The notes: a model not told the origin generated them from the letters alone. DNA of 64,000 bases from an uncultured Eubacteriales bacterium (GCA_934503195.1 CAKSVM010000006.1:1927-65926); one strand, 5' to 3'; positions 53,653 to 63,836 are shown, counted from the first letter of the stretch. Translations and numbers: made by a program.

Positions 53653-55431
53653 ATGTCTCTTAACCGTTCCGAAGTCCCGGCAAACCGCAAGTGGCGCACC
53701 GAGGACATTTACCAGAATCCCGACGAGTGGAACAAGGTCTACGCCGACCTTGAAACAAAGCTCGACTTCTCGAAATACGAGGGAAAGCTCGATAACGTCG
53801 ACACGCTCTTTGAGTGCCTCGAATCGCTCAACGCCGTCGCGCTCGACCTAAACAAGCTCGCCGTATACGCCTATATGCGCCACGACGAGGACACCCGCGA
53901 CTCGACCTTCACCGCGCTTCTCTCCAGAGTCGATCTCCTTGAGATGAAGCTCTCGGGAAGCACCGCTTTCATCACTCCCGAGCTTACCGCGCTCCCCGAG
54001 GAAACCCTCCGCGCCTTCGCCGCCGACCCGAAGCTTGCCGACTATGACTACACGCTCCGTCAGATCATAGACGAAAAGCCGCACGTTCTCTCAAAGGAGA
54101 CCGAGGAGGTTCTCTCGCAGGGCAGCAAGGTCTTCGGCGGATTCCACGACATCTACTCGATGATCGACAACGCCGACTTCCCCTTCCCGACCGTAAAGAT
54201 CGACGGCAAGGACGTAAAGCTCTCACACGGAAGCTACGGACTCTATCTCCGCGACGACAACCGCGAGACGAGAAAGACCGTCTTCAAGGCCTACTACGAC
54301 GCGTATATCAGCCTCATCAACACGATCACCGCGACCTATGTCGGAAATGTCGATAAGGACGTCTTCCTCTCAAAGGTCAGAAAGTATAAGAGCTGCCTTG
54401 ACCGCGCGCTCTCGGGCGAGGACGTTCCGGACGTTGTGTATCAGAATCTCCTCGAAAGCGTGAAGAAGGGGCTTCCGCAGCTCCACCGCTACTACCGCGA
54501 CCGCAAGGAAATCTTAGGGCTCGACACCCAGCATATGTACGATCTCTACACGCCGATCGTCGAGAACGCCGAGCTTGAACTCGACTACGAGGAAGCCTTC
54601 AAGGTCGTCAAGGAAGGACTCGCTCCCCTTGGCGAACACTACGAAAAGCTTCTCGACGAGGCTCACGACAACGGCTGGATCGACGTCGAGGAGACCGAGG
54701 GCAAGCGCAGCGGCGCGTACAGCATCAGCGTCTATGGCCTGAAGCATCCTTACGTTCTTCTCAACTATCAGAAGACGACGAACGATATCTTCACGATCGC
54801 GCACGAGCTTGGCCACGCTATGCACTCCTACCACTCCGAGCGTTATCAGCCGCAGGAAAAGGCAAGCTACCGGATTTTCGTCGCCGAGGTCGCGAGCACG
54901 GTCAACGAGGTGCTGCTCTACAAGCACATGATGAAGACAGTCACCGACCCGAAGCTCAAGAAGTATCTCCTCTCCTATTATATGGATATGCTGAAGGGAA
55001 CCCTCTTCCGCCAGACCCAGTTCGCCGAGTTTGAGTACAGGGCGCACGAGATGGCCGAAAAGGGCGAGCCGCTGACCAAGGATTCGCTCTGCGAGCTTTA
55101 TCTCGGACTCAACAAGGAGTATTACGGCGAGTACGTCGAGTCGGATCCCGAGATCGCGTATGAATGGGCGCGCATTCCGCACTTCTACACGAGCTTCTAC
55201 GTCTACAAGTACGCGACCGGAATCATCTCGGCCGTGTCGATCGCGAACCGCATCATAAACGAGGGTCAGCCGGCCGTTGACGACTACTACAAATTCCTCT
55301 CGTCGGGCGGAAGCGACAGCCCGGTCGAGCTTCTCAAACTCGCCGGAGTCGACCTCACGAAGACCGACGCGTTCGAAAGCTGCATGAACTCCTTCGCCGA
55401 GGCTCTTGACGAGCTTGAGGCTCTGAAATAA
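53653..55431 (+). CDS. pepF: oligoendopeptidase F (M3B)
   Basis: Start at MSLNRSEVPANRKW after GGAGG. HELGHAMH zinc motif. Confidence 0.9.
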   Translation: MSLNRSEVPANRKWRTEDIYQNPDEWNKVYADLETKLDFSKYEGKLDNVDTLFECLESLNAVALDLNKLAVYAYMRHDEDTRDSTFTALLSRVDLLEMKLSGSTAFITPELTALPEETLRAFAADPKLADYDYTLRQIIDEKPHVLSKETEEVLSQGSKVFGGFHDIYSMIDNADFPFPTVKIDGKDVKLSHGSYGLYLRDDNRETRKTVFKAYYDAYISLINTITATYVGNVDKDVFLSKVRKYKSCLDRALSGEDVPDVVYQNLLESVKKGLPQLHRYYRDRKEILGLDTQHMYDLYTPIVENAELELDYEEAFKVVKEGLAPLGEHYEKLLDEAHDNGWIDVEETEGKRSGAYSISVYGLKHPYVLLNYQKTTNDIFTIAHELGHAMHSYHSERYQPQEKASYRIFVAEVASTVNEVLLYKHMMKTVTDPKLKKYLLSYYMDMLKGTLFRQTQFAEFEYRAHEMAEKGEPLTKDSLCELYLGLNKEYYGEYVESDPEIAYEWARIPHFYTSFYVYKYATGIISAVSIANRIINEGQPAVDDYYKFLSSGGSDSPVELLKLAGVDLTKTDAFESCMNSFAEALDELEALK

Positions 55432-55434
55432 GGC

Positions 55435-55470
55435 AAAAAATATTCCCGTCGGTAACCCGGCGGGAATATG
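55435..55470. terminator. terminator (A-run/hairpin) between pepF and convergent gene
   Basis: ATATTCCCG..CGGGAATAT 9-bp stem. The T-run is on the minus strand. Confidence 0.7.
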
Positions 55471-55485
55471 AGGTTATGGGCGGTT

Positions 55486-56454
55486 TTATTCGTTTTTTTT
55501 ACAGAAATCGAGCACTTCGGTTCCCGAGAGGTTCTCGCATCTGACCCACTGCATATGAAGCTCGGGCGAGAAACTGCCCTTGAAGAACACGTCGCCGCTG
55601 TCCTTGAGTCCCTTGAAGGTTCCGCCCATCAGATAGAACGGCGCGGAGGTTTCGTAGGAGATGAAGGTATGCCCGCGTCCGCCGTATCTGTCGCAGTGGA
55701 AGCCGAAGACGTTTGACATCCGGCAGCAGGTTCCGCGAACCCGGACGCCGACGTTCGACGTGTCGACATAACAGTCCGAGAGCGTGACGCAGCTTCCGCC
55801 GACGTCAAAGGCGATCGTCTTTGAGATATCCGGAATCACGTCGGTCACCCATGAGTGGCACTTCGAAAGATACGTGCTGTAGCAGTTAAGTCTGAATCCG
55901 GTCTCGAAGTCGACGACGATAATGTCGTCGAGATAGTGGTCGCCGTGGCTCGGAATGTCGATTCCGACGCTTCCCGGGATTCCGATATCGTTCCGGAGAT
56001 AAATATTCGACGCCATAAGCTCATAGGTCTTGAAATCTGACGCCGAGCCGACCGAAAGTCCGGTCAGGCAGTCCTTTATATAGACGTCGCGCATCGTGAA
56101 ATGGTGGATGTTCCGCAGTCTGATTCCGCCCGAGATCCCCGCGCCGTCAAATCTTCCGCCCGTGATGAACATCCCGTAGTCGCCGAAAAGATTCTCGTTC
56201 CCGCCGTTCCAGTCGATGAGGAAATCCATCCTCGCGTCCGCCTTTATGACAGCGTCCTTGGCAAGCATCAGCGAGCAGTGATTCTCAATCACAAGCGGGC
56301 GGGAGAGAAGATATTCGCCCTTCGGAAAAAGAATCACGCCGCCCGGATTATCAGAGACCGCGCGAGAGAGTCTGCCCGAGTCGTCAGCCTCACCGGGAAG
56401 TCTTTCGTAGCGCGAGATATTCACGCCCATAAAATCAAGCTTTTCAAAATCCAA
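55486..56454 (-). CDS. right-handed parallel beta-helix (pectate-lyase-superfamily/GH28-like) protein, no signal peptide
   Basis: 322 aa. DDSGRLSRAV..GGVILFPKGEYLLSRPLVI N-terminus is typical of the Pectate_lyase_3-type fold. The rest shows repetitive beta-helix periodicity. Confidence 0.6.
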   Translation of the reverse strand: MDFEKLDFMGVNISRYERLPGEADDSGRLSRAVSDNPGGVILFPKGEYLLSRPLVIENHCSLMLAKDAVIKADARMDFLIDWNGGNENLFGDYGMFITGGRFDGAGISGGIRLRNIHHFTMRDVYIKDCLTGLSVGSASDFKTYELMASNIYLRNDIGIPGSVGIDIPSHGDHYLDDIIVVDFETGFRLNCYSTYLSKCHSWVTDVIPDISKTIAFDVGGSCVTLSDCYVDTSNVGVRVRGTCCRMSNVFGFHCDRYGGRGHTFISYETSAPFYLMGGTFKGLKDSGDVFFKGSFSPELHMQWVRCENLSGTEVLDFCKKNE

Positions 56455-56478
56455 AAAAAGTCACCTTCCTTTGAAACC

Positions 56479-56507
56479 ATTATACCATATCATGGAAAGA
56501 AAGTCAA
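56479..56507 (-). promoter_or_regulatory. promoter of beta-helix protein gene
   Basis: Minus strand TTGACT - 17 nt - TATAAT with TGG extended -10. Confidence 0.65.
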
Positions 56508-56565
56508 CCGTGCGGAATGTTTCATTCTGTTTCACAAAAAGACTTCTTTCCGCGAAAGGAGAACC

Positions 56566-57525
56566 ATGAAAACATCAGCGAAAATCGCGCTCGGACTTGC
56601 CGCCGCGGCGGCGGTCGGAACCCTCTCGTCCTTTGTGACGACGAAATGCCTTGTCGACACCGCGCTCGACCGCAGTATGCCGAAGATCATGAAACGCTCG
56701 AAAAAGGCGATCTCGGGATCAAAGAAAAAAACGACCGACAAATACCGCGAGATGCGGAAGGAAGCCGAGGAACGCTTCGCGTCGCTTGAAAGCGAAGCCG
56801 TCCGGATCACCGCCTTTGACGGCACAAAGCTTGTCGGCCATCTGATGAAAGTCGAAAATCCGAAGCGGCTCATCATCGCGGTTCACGGCTGGAGATCGAC
56901 TCCGGCGCACGATTTCGCGTTTGTGAGCGAATTCTGGCGGCGCGAGGGATGCGACGTGCTTTTCATCGAACAGCGCGGTCAGGGCGACAGCGGCGGCGAG
57001 TATATGGGCTTCGGGCTGACCGAACGCTACGACTGCCTTTCGTGGGCAGAATGGGCGGCGAAGGAAACCAGGCTTCCGATCTATCTTTCGGGCGTCTCGA
57101 TGGGCGGCGCGACGGTGCTTATGGCGTCGGATCTCTGGCTCCCGTCAAACGTGCGCGGAATAATCGCCGACTGCGGCTTCACGTCGCCCGACGCGATCTG
57201 GCGGTATGTCGTAAGCAACAATCTCCACCTCGGCTTCAGGCTGAAGAGTCTCATCGCGAACTCGCTCTGCAAAAGGAAGCTCGGCGTCGGCTCGTCCTCC
57301 TGCAAGACGACCGATTCGTTGAAGCGCGCGAAGGTTCCGGTGCTGTTCATCCACGGAAGCGACGACAAATTTGTCCCCGTGTCGATGACCTACGAGAACT
57401 ACAAGGCCTGCCGCTCCGAAAAGCGGCTCCTGATCGTCCCCGGCGCGGGACACGGAATGAGCTGCTATGTCGAGCCGGAAGCGTATGAGAAGGCGGTGAA
57501 GGGGTTTTTTGAGGAGTTTGACTGA
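56566..57525 (+). CDS. membrane-anchored alpha/beta hydrolase
   Basis: Start at MKTSAKIALGLAAAAAV after AAAGGAG. HGW oxyanion region, GVSMGG nucleophile elbow, C-terminal GAGHG. Confidence 0.8.
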   Translation: MKTSAKIALGLAAAAAVGTLSSFVTTKCLVDTALDRSMPKIMKRSKKAISGSKKKTTDKYREMRKEAEERFASLESEAVRITAFDGTKLVGHLMKVENPKRLIIAVHGWRSTPAHDFAFVSEFWRREGCDVLFIEQRGQGDSGGEYMGFGLTERYDCLSWAEWAAKETRLPIYLSGVSMGGATVLMASDLWLPSNVRGIIADCGFTSPDAIWRYVVSNNLHLGFRLKSLIANSLCKRKLGVGSSSCKTTDSLKRAKVPVLFIHGSDDKFVPVSMTYENYKACRSEKRLLIVPGAGHGMSCYVEPEAYEKAVKGFFEEFD

Positions 57526-57535
57526 GAGGTGAATT

Positions 57536-58726
57536 GTGTTTTACAGCGTGATACGAGCAAAGCTCCGCCGTTTACGGTACGTCATGCCGATAACAGGCGG
57601 ATTACTACGACCGACAGTTCTTCTGACCGCCACAATCTTCCTCTTCTCCGGATGCGGTTATACCGACACGAACGTGCTTTGCCGCAATGATTATATAACG
57701 GTCTCGCAAATATACGCATCGGAGGCCGACTCTCCCCGCGCTGACACCTCTGTTCAGCTGTTTTTCTACATTGAGGACAACCGGAATATGCAAAGAATCG
57801 ACAACCGCGCGTTCTACATCTCCGGTTTGGGAATAAAAGCGAGCGAATCGGCCTTTTTCAGAGGCTTCACCGACGCGGAATCAGAGGAGTCGTACAATTA
57901 CGCAAGCGCAAACAAGCTTGGCGGAACTCTTCTGACACACCAAAAACACAGCGACGGTGATTATTACATCGTTCATGACCCCGCGCGTGAAACAATCGCG
58001 CACTATATAAACCGCTACGGCAGACTATACGCGTATAAACTCCCGCATGATGACAGCGAACATAAGTTTCCTGATGATTTCCAGTGCAATGACGGCAATG
58101 TGTATCTCTTCTTTTACGAAGAGGACGGAATATCCATGAAAACCATCGACCCGCGGAAAAACGTTTCAGATTCACTGTCCGTAGATATTCCCGGCTTCGG
58201 CAGGCATCACATGAGGCACAGCTTTTCCGGTAACTGTTATTATGATGGAAACGGAAATTTCGGGGTTATCTTCAACTATCCGAATGGCTCCGAACACCGT
58301 GACGAGCTTTTATTATATAACAATGAGTGCGATGAATACCGCCGCATACCCGAAAAAGACGGCATTGATAATTTCTTCATAGGCGAAAAAATCCTGCTCG
58401 CGAGAGTAACCGAAAACATTCTGAAGCTGTCATATTATGAGCCGGATGGGTCTCTGACAGAAAGACACGATATAAATCTTTCTGACTATATTGACGGCAA
58501 TATGAGTATATCATACAGGCCGACGAAGCTTGGTATATGCGATGATACTCTGCATATTCTGATTGACAGCGATTCATCGGATGTCAATTATTGGCTTCAG
58601 CTTGACACCCGGACAAACACGGTAAGCAGGATACTGAAAATCGATCTGCGGTCTCACTTCGAAATGATGGATTATGAGTTTCTGCGCGAAGATGGGTCCG
58701 AACTGATTCTTCATGAATTCAACTGA
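57536..58726 (+). CDS. hypothetical lipoprotein (lower-GC)
   Basis: Lipobox LFSGC at aa 37-41. The start is GTG 57536 or ATG 57584. I recognise no family motif. Confidence 0.6.
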   Translation: MFYSVIRAKLRRLRYVMPITGGLLRPTVLLTATIFLFSGCGYTDTNVLCRNDYITVSQIYASEADSPRADTSVQLFFYIEDNRNMQRIDNRAFYISGLGIKASESAFFRGFTDAESEESYNYASANKLGGTLLTHQKHSDGDYYIVHDPARETIAHYINRYGRLYAYKLPHDDSEHKFPDDFQCNDGNVYLFFYEEDGISMKTIDPRKNVSDSLSVDIPGFGRHHMRHSFSGNCYYDGNGNFGVIFNYPNGSEHRDELLLYNNECDEYRRIPEKDGIDNFFIGEKILLARVTENILKLSYYEPDGSLTERHDINLSDYIDGNMSISYRPTKLGICDDTLHILIDSDSSDVNYWLQLDTRTNTVSRILKIDLRSHFEMMDYEFLREDGSELILHEFN

Positions 58727-58744
58727 AATCCCACAGCAAACGCG

Positions 58745-58780
58745 AATCGTCCCCGGCGAACCCGCCGGGGACGATTTTTC
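58745..58780 (+). terminator. terminator
   Basis: AATCGTCCCCGGCG-AACC-CGCCGGGGACGATT 14-bp stem followed by a T-run. Confidence 0.85.
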
Positions 58781-58801
58781 ATATCTGATCCGGATAAAAG
58801 C

Positions 58802-61800
58802 TCACTTCGACGGCTTGCACTCAAGATAAGCCTTCAGAAGCTCGCAGATATCGTAAAGCGGCCTTGAACCTTTGATCTTCCAGCTTATCGAACCGCGCCC
58901 GGCCATCTGATAGTTCAGCGTCATGTTGACCTTTGACGACGCCTCGGCAAATCTGATTGGATCAAAGGTCTCGGGGATGATCGTGATCATCTGCCCCTTC
59001 TGTTCAAGTCTCGGAATTCTCGCCGTCGAGCAGAGCGCGCGGGTCAGCGAGACGTACATGAGCGTGTCGGCCTGACGCGGAATCTCGCCGAAGCGATCCA
59101 TCAGCTCGTCGGCAAGGTCGTCAAGATCCTCCGGCGTCTCGATGTGCGCGATCTTCTTGTAGATGTCCATTCTCTGCGACTCACTCTTAATATACTTCTC
59201 AGGCAGATAAGCGTCCATCGAAAGGTCGACCGTCGACTCGAATTTCGGCTTCGGTGCCTCGCCCTTTTCCTCCAGCACCGCGTCGTTGAGGATCTTGACA
59301 TAGAGATCATATCCGATTGAGTCGAGCTGTCCGTGCTGTTCGGCTCCGAGAAGATTTCCCGCGCCGCGTATCTCGAGGTCTCGCAGAGCGATCTTGAAAC
59401 CCGAGCCGAACTCGGTGTACTCGCGCATCGCCGAAAGCCGCTTTGACGCGACCTCGCTTAAGGATTTGTTCGGCGGATAGGTGAAGTACGCGTAGGCTCT
59501 GCGGCTCGAACGACCGACGCGTCCGCGTATCTGGTGGAGCTGAGAGAGTCCGAGATGATCGGCGTGGTCGATTATCAGCGTGTTCGCGTTCGGGACGTCG
59601 ACTCCCGACTCGATTATCGTCGTGCTGACCAGAATGTCGATCTCGCCCATGACCATTCCGCTCCAGATATCGGATAACTGCTCCTTATCCATCTGTCCGT
59701 GCGCCGTCGCGATTCTGGCCTCGGGAACCGCCTTTGAGATCCGCATCGCGACGCCGTCGATATCATCCACAGTGTTGTGGAGAAAGAAGACCTGACCGCC
59801 GCGGCGGAGTTCCTTCTTGATCGCCTCGGTGATTATAAGCTCATCGTACTCCATGACAAAGGTCTGCACCGGGAAACGGTCGCCCGGAGCCTCGTCAAGC
59901 ACCGACATATCGCGGATTCCGCTCATCGCCATGTTGAGGGTTCTCGGAATCGGCGTAGCGGTCAGCGTGAGGACGTCGACGTTTCCGGCGATCTGCTTCA
60001 GCTTTTCCTTCTGCGCGACTCCGAAACGCTGCTCCTCGTCGACGATCACGAGTCCGAGATCCTTGAACTTCACGTCGCTTGAAACTAGACGATGAGTTCC
60101 GACGATTATGTCGACGTCGCCGCGCCTGAGGCTTCTCAGAGTCTCGGCCTGCTCCTTCGGAGTCCGGAAGCGCGAGATCATCTCGACCTTGACCGGGAAT
60201 CCGCGCATACGCGCGAGAAGCGTCTGATAATGCTGCATCGCGAGAATCGTCGTCGGGACGAGGATCGCGACCTGCTTTCCACTCATGACCGCCTTGAAGG
60301 CCGCGCGCATCGCGACCTCGGTCTTTCCGAATCCGACGTCGCCGCAGAGCAGACGATCCATCGGAACCTTGCTCTCCATGTCGGCCTTGATCTCGCCGAT
60401 CGACTGGAGCTGACCGTCGGTCTCGTCATACTGGAAGGCGGCCTCGAACTCGCGCTGCATCTCGTCGTCCTCCTCAAAGGCGAAGCCCTCCCTGCGCTGA
60501 CGCTCGGCGTAGAGTCTGATAAGCTCCTTCGCCATGCTCTTGGCGGCGAGCTTTGCCTTGGTCTTGGCCTTAATCCACTCGCTTCCGCCCATCTTTGAGA
60601 GCTTGACTCCGCCGTTCTCACTGTGCGAGCCGATGTACTTCGACACCATGTCAAGCTGATCGGTCGGGAGATAGAGAAGATCGGTTCCGGCGTATTTTAT
60701 CTTGATATAGTCCTTCGTCACGCCGACGACGGTCAGCTGCTCGATGCCCATGTACTGACCGATACCGTGATTCTGATGAACGACGTAATCGCCGATTTCA
60801 AGGTCATTGTACGAGAGAATCTTCTCCTGCGACGAACGGTTGTGCTTTGCCTTGCGCCCGTGCGAGAGGATCGTGCGCGAATAGGAATTCGGGTTCTGGA
60901 ACATCGAAAGCACCGCGAAGCGCGTTCCGGTAAGCTCAAACCCGGCGAGATTGAAGCCTGGGATGACAAGCGTGATTCCCTCGGGGAGAGTCAGGATTCC
61001 GTACGGCTTGTCGTCAGGCTGCTTTATCGCCTGAAGACCGTGTTCGCCGAGCGCGTCGATGACATTCCTTGCCGTTACGTCGTTTTCGCAGAGCAGCACC
61101 GTGCGGAATTTTCCGGCGGCGTAGGAAGTCAGATCCTCGATTAAAAGCTCGGTGTTGTCGGCGTAGGAAACCGTCTGCTTTGTGTGGAAGCCGAACATCC
61201 CGGCGAGCTTCATTCCCGACACGCCCGAGACAAACGCGTTTATGAGCAGCGCGCCGTTCTTGTCAAGGAACGCGCCGTAGGTATCCTCATGGCGCGAATA
61301 ATCTGAGTATTTCGCCGAAACCTCGCCGTTTTCGAGCAGCGACTCGATCTCGCTTCCGATGTGGAAATCGTACGCCTTCATTCGCTCGGTGCAGGCGACC
61401 GACTCCTGAACAAAAACGAGCGGATATTTAAGATCCGACATTATCGCGGCGTAGGAGGCGTAGTCGGCGAGCGTCGTATGCTCGGGATAGACGATCGACA
61501 TATATTTGTCGATGAACGGGAGTTCAAGTCCGCCGTCGATCGTTTCAAGCTCGGCCGAAAGCTCGCCGCGGACGCGGTCGTCCTTGGCCTTCGGAATCTG
61601 CGCCTTGACGGCGGCTCTGATCTCGGCGCGCTTTCCCTCGCCGAGAACCAATTCGCGCGCGGGAGTTATCGTGACCTTCGCGATGTTCTCGATCTTGCGC
61701 TGGGTCATTATGTCAAAGAGTCCCATCTGATCGATCTCGTCGTCAAAAAGCTCGATTCTGACCGGATTCTCGGCGTAAGGTGGATAGATGTCGACAATTC

Positions 61801-62377
61801 CGCCGCGGACCGAATACTGTCCGACTCCGTCAACCATGTCCGAGCGGACATAGCCGTTCGCCTCAAGATACGAGACGAGCTTTGAGAGATCGCATTTCTC
61901 GTCGCGGTCGATCGTCAGCGTTCCCTCCTTCAGGAAGGCGATCGGCATCGTGTACTGCATCGCGGCGTCGGGCGTCGCGATCACACAGTCATACGGCGAG
62001 TCGGGCGTGACAAAGGCCGAGAGTGCCTTAAGACGCTCATGCTCGTATTCGCGCGAGGAAACTATATTGTGGAAGACGAAATCACGGAGCGGGTACGAGA
62101 GCGGCTTCAGTGAGAGTTCTGACAGCGCGTTGAAGATCCGGAGTCCTTCCTTTTCGTCGTGAACAATTATGAGAGCCGGAACCTTGTATTTTTCGCGTGT
62201 CTTACGGATCACGGCGGCGTAGAATACGACTCTCGCGCCCTCGGAAAGTCCCGAGACGAGAATCGGGTGCGTGCTTTCGTGCCGTCTCGAATCAATGAGC
62301 TTCAGGATCTCGGAGGTCTCGCCCTCAAGGAGAATCGAGTCGGTGATAAGTCCGGTTTTGCTGATTATATCTGACAT
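58802..62377 (-). CDS. mfd: transcription-repair coupling factor
   Basis: 1191 aa. UvrB-homology N-terminus, CarD/RID (YVVHQNHGIGQY), helicase motifs GDVGFGKTEV, VDEEQRFG, TATPIPRT, C-terminal TRG region. Confidence 0.95.
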   Translation of the reverse strand: MSDIISKTGLITDSILLEGETSEILKLIDSRRHESTHPILVSGLSEGARVVFYAAVIRKTREKYKVPALIIVHDEKEGLRIFNALSELSLKPLSYPLRDFVFHNIVSSREYEHERLKALSAFVTPDSPYDCVIATPDAAMQYTMPIAFLKEGTLTIDRDEKCDLSKLVSYLEANGYVRSDMVDGVGQYSVRGGIVDIYPPYAENPVRIELFDDEIDQMGLFDIMTQRKIENIAKVTITPARELVLGEGKRAEIRAAVKAQIPKAKDDRVRGELSAELETIDGGLELPFIDKYMSIVYPEHTTLADYASYAAIMSDLKYPLVFVQESVACTERMKAYDFHIGSEIESLLENGEVSAKYSDYSRHEDTYGAFLDKNGALLINAFVSGVSGMKLAGMFGFHTKQTVSYADNTELLIEDLTSYAAGKFRTVLLCENDVTARNVIDALGEHGLQAIKQPDDKPYGILTLPEGITLVIPGFNLAGFELTGTRFAVLSMFQNPNSYSRTILSHGRKAKHNRSSQEKILSYNDLEIGDYVVHQNHGIGQYMGIEQLTVVGVTKDYIKIKYAGTDLLYLPTDQLDMVSKYIGSHSENGGVKLSKMGGSEWIKAKTKAKLAAKSMAKELIRLYAERQRREGFAFEEDDEMQREFEAAFQYDETDGQLQSIGEIKADMESKVPMDRLLCGDVGFGKTEVAMRAAFKAVMSGKQVAILVPTTILAMQHYQTLLARMRGFPVKVEMISRFRTPKEQAETLRSLRRGDVDIIVGTHRLVSSDVKFKDLGLVIVDEEQRFGVAQKEKLKQIAGNVDVLTLTATPIPRTLNMAMSGIRDMSVLDEAPGDRFPVQTFVMEYDELIITEAIKKELRRGGQVFFLHNTVDDIDGVAMRISKAVPEARIATAHGQMDKEQLSDIWSGMVMGEIDILVSTTIIESGVDVPNANTLIIDHADHLGLSQLHQIRGRVGRSSRRAYAYFTYPPNKSLSEVASKRLSAMREYTEFGSGFKIALRDLEIRGAGNLLGAEQHGQLDSIGYDLYVKILNDAVLEEKGEAPKPKFESTVDLSMDAYLPEKYIKSESQRMDIYKKIAHIETPEDLDDLADELMDRFGEIPRQADTLMYVSLTRALCSTARIPRLEQKGQMITIIPETFDPIRFAEASSKVNMTLNYQMAGRGSISWKIKGSRPLYDICELLKAYLECKPSK

Positions 62378-62381
62378 GGTT

Positions 62382-63014
62382 TCACCTCTGGTTCAGAAGA
62401 TTCATCGCGCGGTCAAAGTCGCCCGAAAGTATTATCGGAAGGCCGTCGGCCGCCTTTGTGAGCGCGTCGAAGAAGGCCTTTTTCTCTGATTCCGAAAAGG
62501 TTCCGAGAACCCAGTCGGCAAGATCGTAGTCGGGGTGCGGCTTTTCGCCGACTCCGAGCCGCACGCGCGGAAAAGCGTCGGAATTCAGCTGATAGATTAT
62601 CGATTTGAGCCCGTTGTGTCCTCCGTCGCTTCCCTTTTTCCGGACGCGGAGCTTTCCGGGCGCGAGGGTTATATCGTCGCATAAAACAATCACGTTTTCG
62701 GGCTTTATCTTATAGAAATCGGCCGCCTCGCGGATCGCCTCGCCCGAGTTGTTCATAAAGGTCTGCGGCTTCATCACAAGCCCGCGCTTTCCGTCAATCA
62801 CGGCCTCGCCGACAATCGCCTTGAAGCGCGATCGGTCAACCTTGAAATTATATTTTTCGGACAGGTAATCTATCGCCAAGAATCCGGCGTTGTGGCGGGT
62901 GAAGGTGTATTTGTCGCCGGGATTTCCGAGTCCGGCGATTATGAACGAGATCGGGGATGAGGGCGCGGTCGGCGTCTTCTCAATTTTTTTGAAGAGATCG
63001 AATATGTCCGGCAT
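62382..63014 (-). CDS. pth: peptidyl-tRNA hydrolase (with about 20-aa N-terminal extension)
   Basis: FIIAGLGNPGDKYTFTRHNAGF, GHNGLKS. Conserved pth-mfd order. Confidence 0.9.
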   Translation of the reverse strand: MPDIFDLFKKIEKTPTAPSSPISFIIAGLGNPGDKYTFTRHNAGFLAIDYLSEKYNFKVDRSRFKAIVGEAVIDGKRGLVMKPQTFMNNSGEAIREAADFYKIKPENVIVLCDDITLAPGKLRVRKKGSDGGHNGLKSIIYQLNSDAFPRVRLGVGEKPHPDYDLADWVLGTFSESEKKAFFDALTKAADGLPIILSGDFDRAMNLLNQR

Positions 63015-63093
63015 GAAATTTTACTTCCTTTCGAAAACGCCGAAAAGCCCACGTGACGTGTCACGTGGAGCGGCGGTATTTTTCAGAGACTTT

Positions 63094-63122
63094 ATTATAC
63101 CACGATGGCTCTGTTTTGTCAA
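63094..63122 (-). promoter_or_regulatory. pth-mfd promoter
   Basis: Minus strand TTGACA - 17 nt - TATAAT with TGG extended -10. Confidence 0.7.
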
Positions 63123-63141
63123 GTCTTTTTAATGAAATTTC

Positions 63142-63170
63142 TTGACAAAGCATTCTTTGTGTGATATAAT
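63142..63170 (+). promoter_or_regulatory. promoter of SGNH hydrolase gene
   Basis: TTGACA - 17 nt - TATAAT with TGA extended -10. Confidence 0.7.
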
Positions 63171-63200
63171 GAATCAAAAAACGAGAAAGGACGTACGCAA

Positions 63201-63836
63201 TTGAAAAAAATTTTTCTCATCGGCGACTCCGTGCGTCAGGGCTACGACAGATACGTAAAAGCCGCGTTGAAGGATATCGCCGAGGTTTCCTGGCCAGGCG
63301 AAAACTCGATGTACTCGGTTCACGTCCTCCGCTGGCTCCATGAGTACAAGCGTCAGTACAAACTCCCTGACGACCTCGACTGCATCCACTGGAACGCCGG
63401 GCTCTGGGACACGCTGACTCTCCCCGGCGTCGGAATCGTCACCCCGCTTGAAGTTTACAAGAACAACATCGACCGCGTCTGCCGGAGAATGCGCGATCTC
63501 TTCCCGAAGGCCGTCTGCGTCTTCGCGACAAGCACTCCGGTCATCGAGTCGAGATTCGACAAATCCTCCGCGATCCGTTACAACCGCGACATCGAGGAGT
63601 ACAACGCGGCCGCGATCGAAATCGTGAAAAGCCACGGACAGCTCGTCGATGATCTCTATTCGACTCTTATCGGAGTCCCGGAGGAATTCTACGACGGTCC
63701 GACTCACCCCTACACCGAGGCCGGGACGAAGATTCTCACCGACGCCGTGGTAAAGTCGGTCTGCGGCGCGCTCGGACTTGAGATCCCGCAATATGATTTT
63801 CCCGGTCTTTTCGCGAGAAAATTCCTCGGCGAATAA
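63201..63836 (+). CDS. SGNH/GDSL-type hydrolase
   Basis: TTG start. KIFLIGDSVRQGY (GDS block I), WNAGLWD (block III), C-terminal GPTHP. Confidence 0.75.
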   Translation: MKKIFLIGDSVRQGYDRYVKAALKDIAEVSWPGENSMYSVHVLRWLHEYKRQYKLPDDLDCIHWNAGLWDTLTLPGVGIVTPLEVYKNNIDRVCRRMRDLFPKAVCVFATSTPVIESRFDKSSAIRYNRDIEEYNAAAIEIVKSHGQLVDDLYSTLIGVPEEFYDGPTHPYTEAGTKILTDAVVKSVCGALGLEIPQYDFPGLFARKFLGE

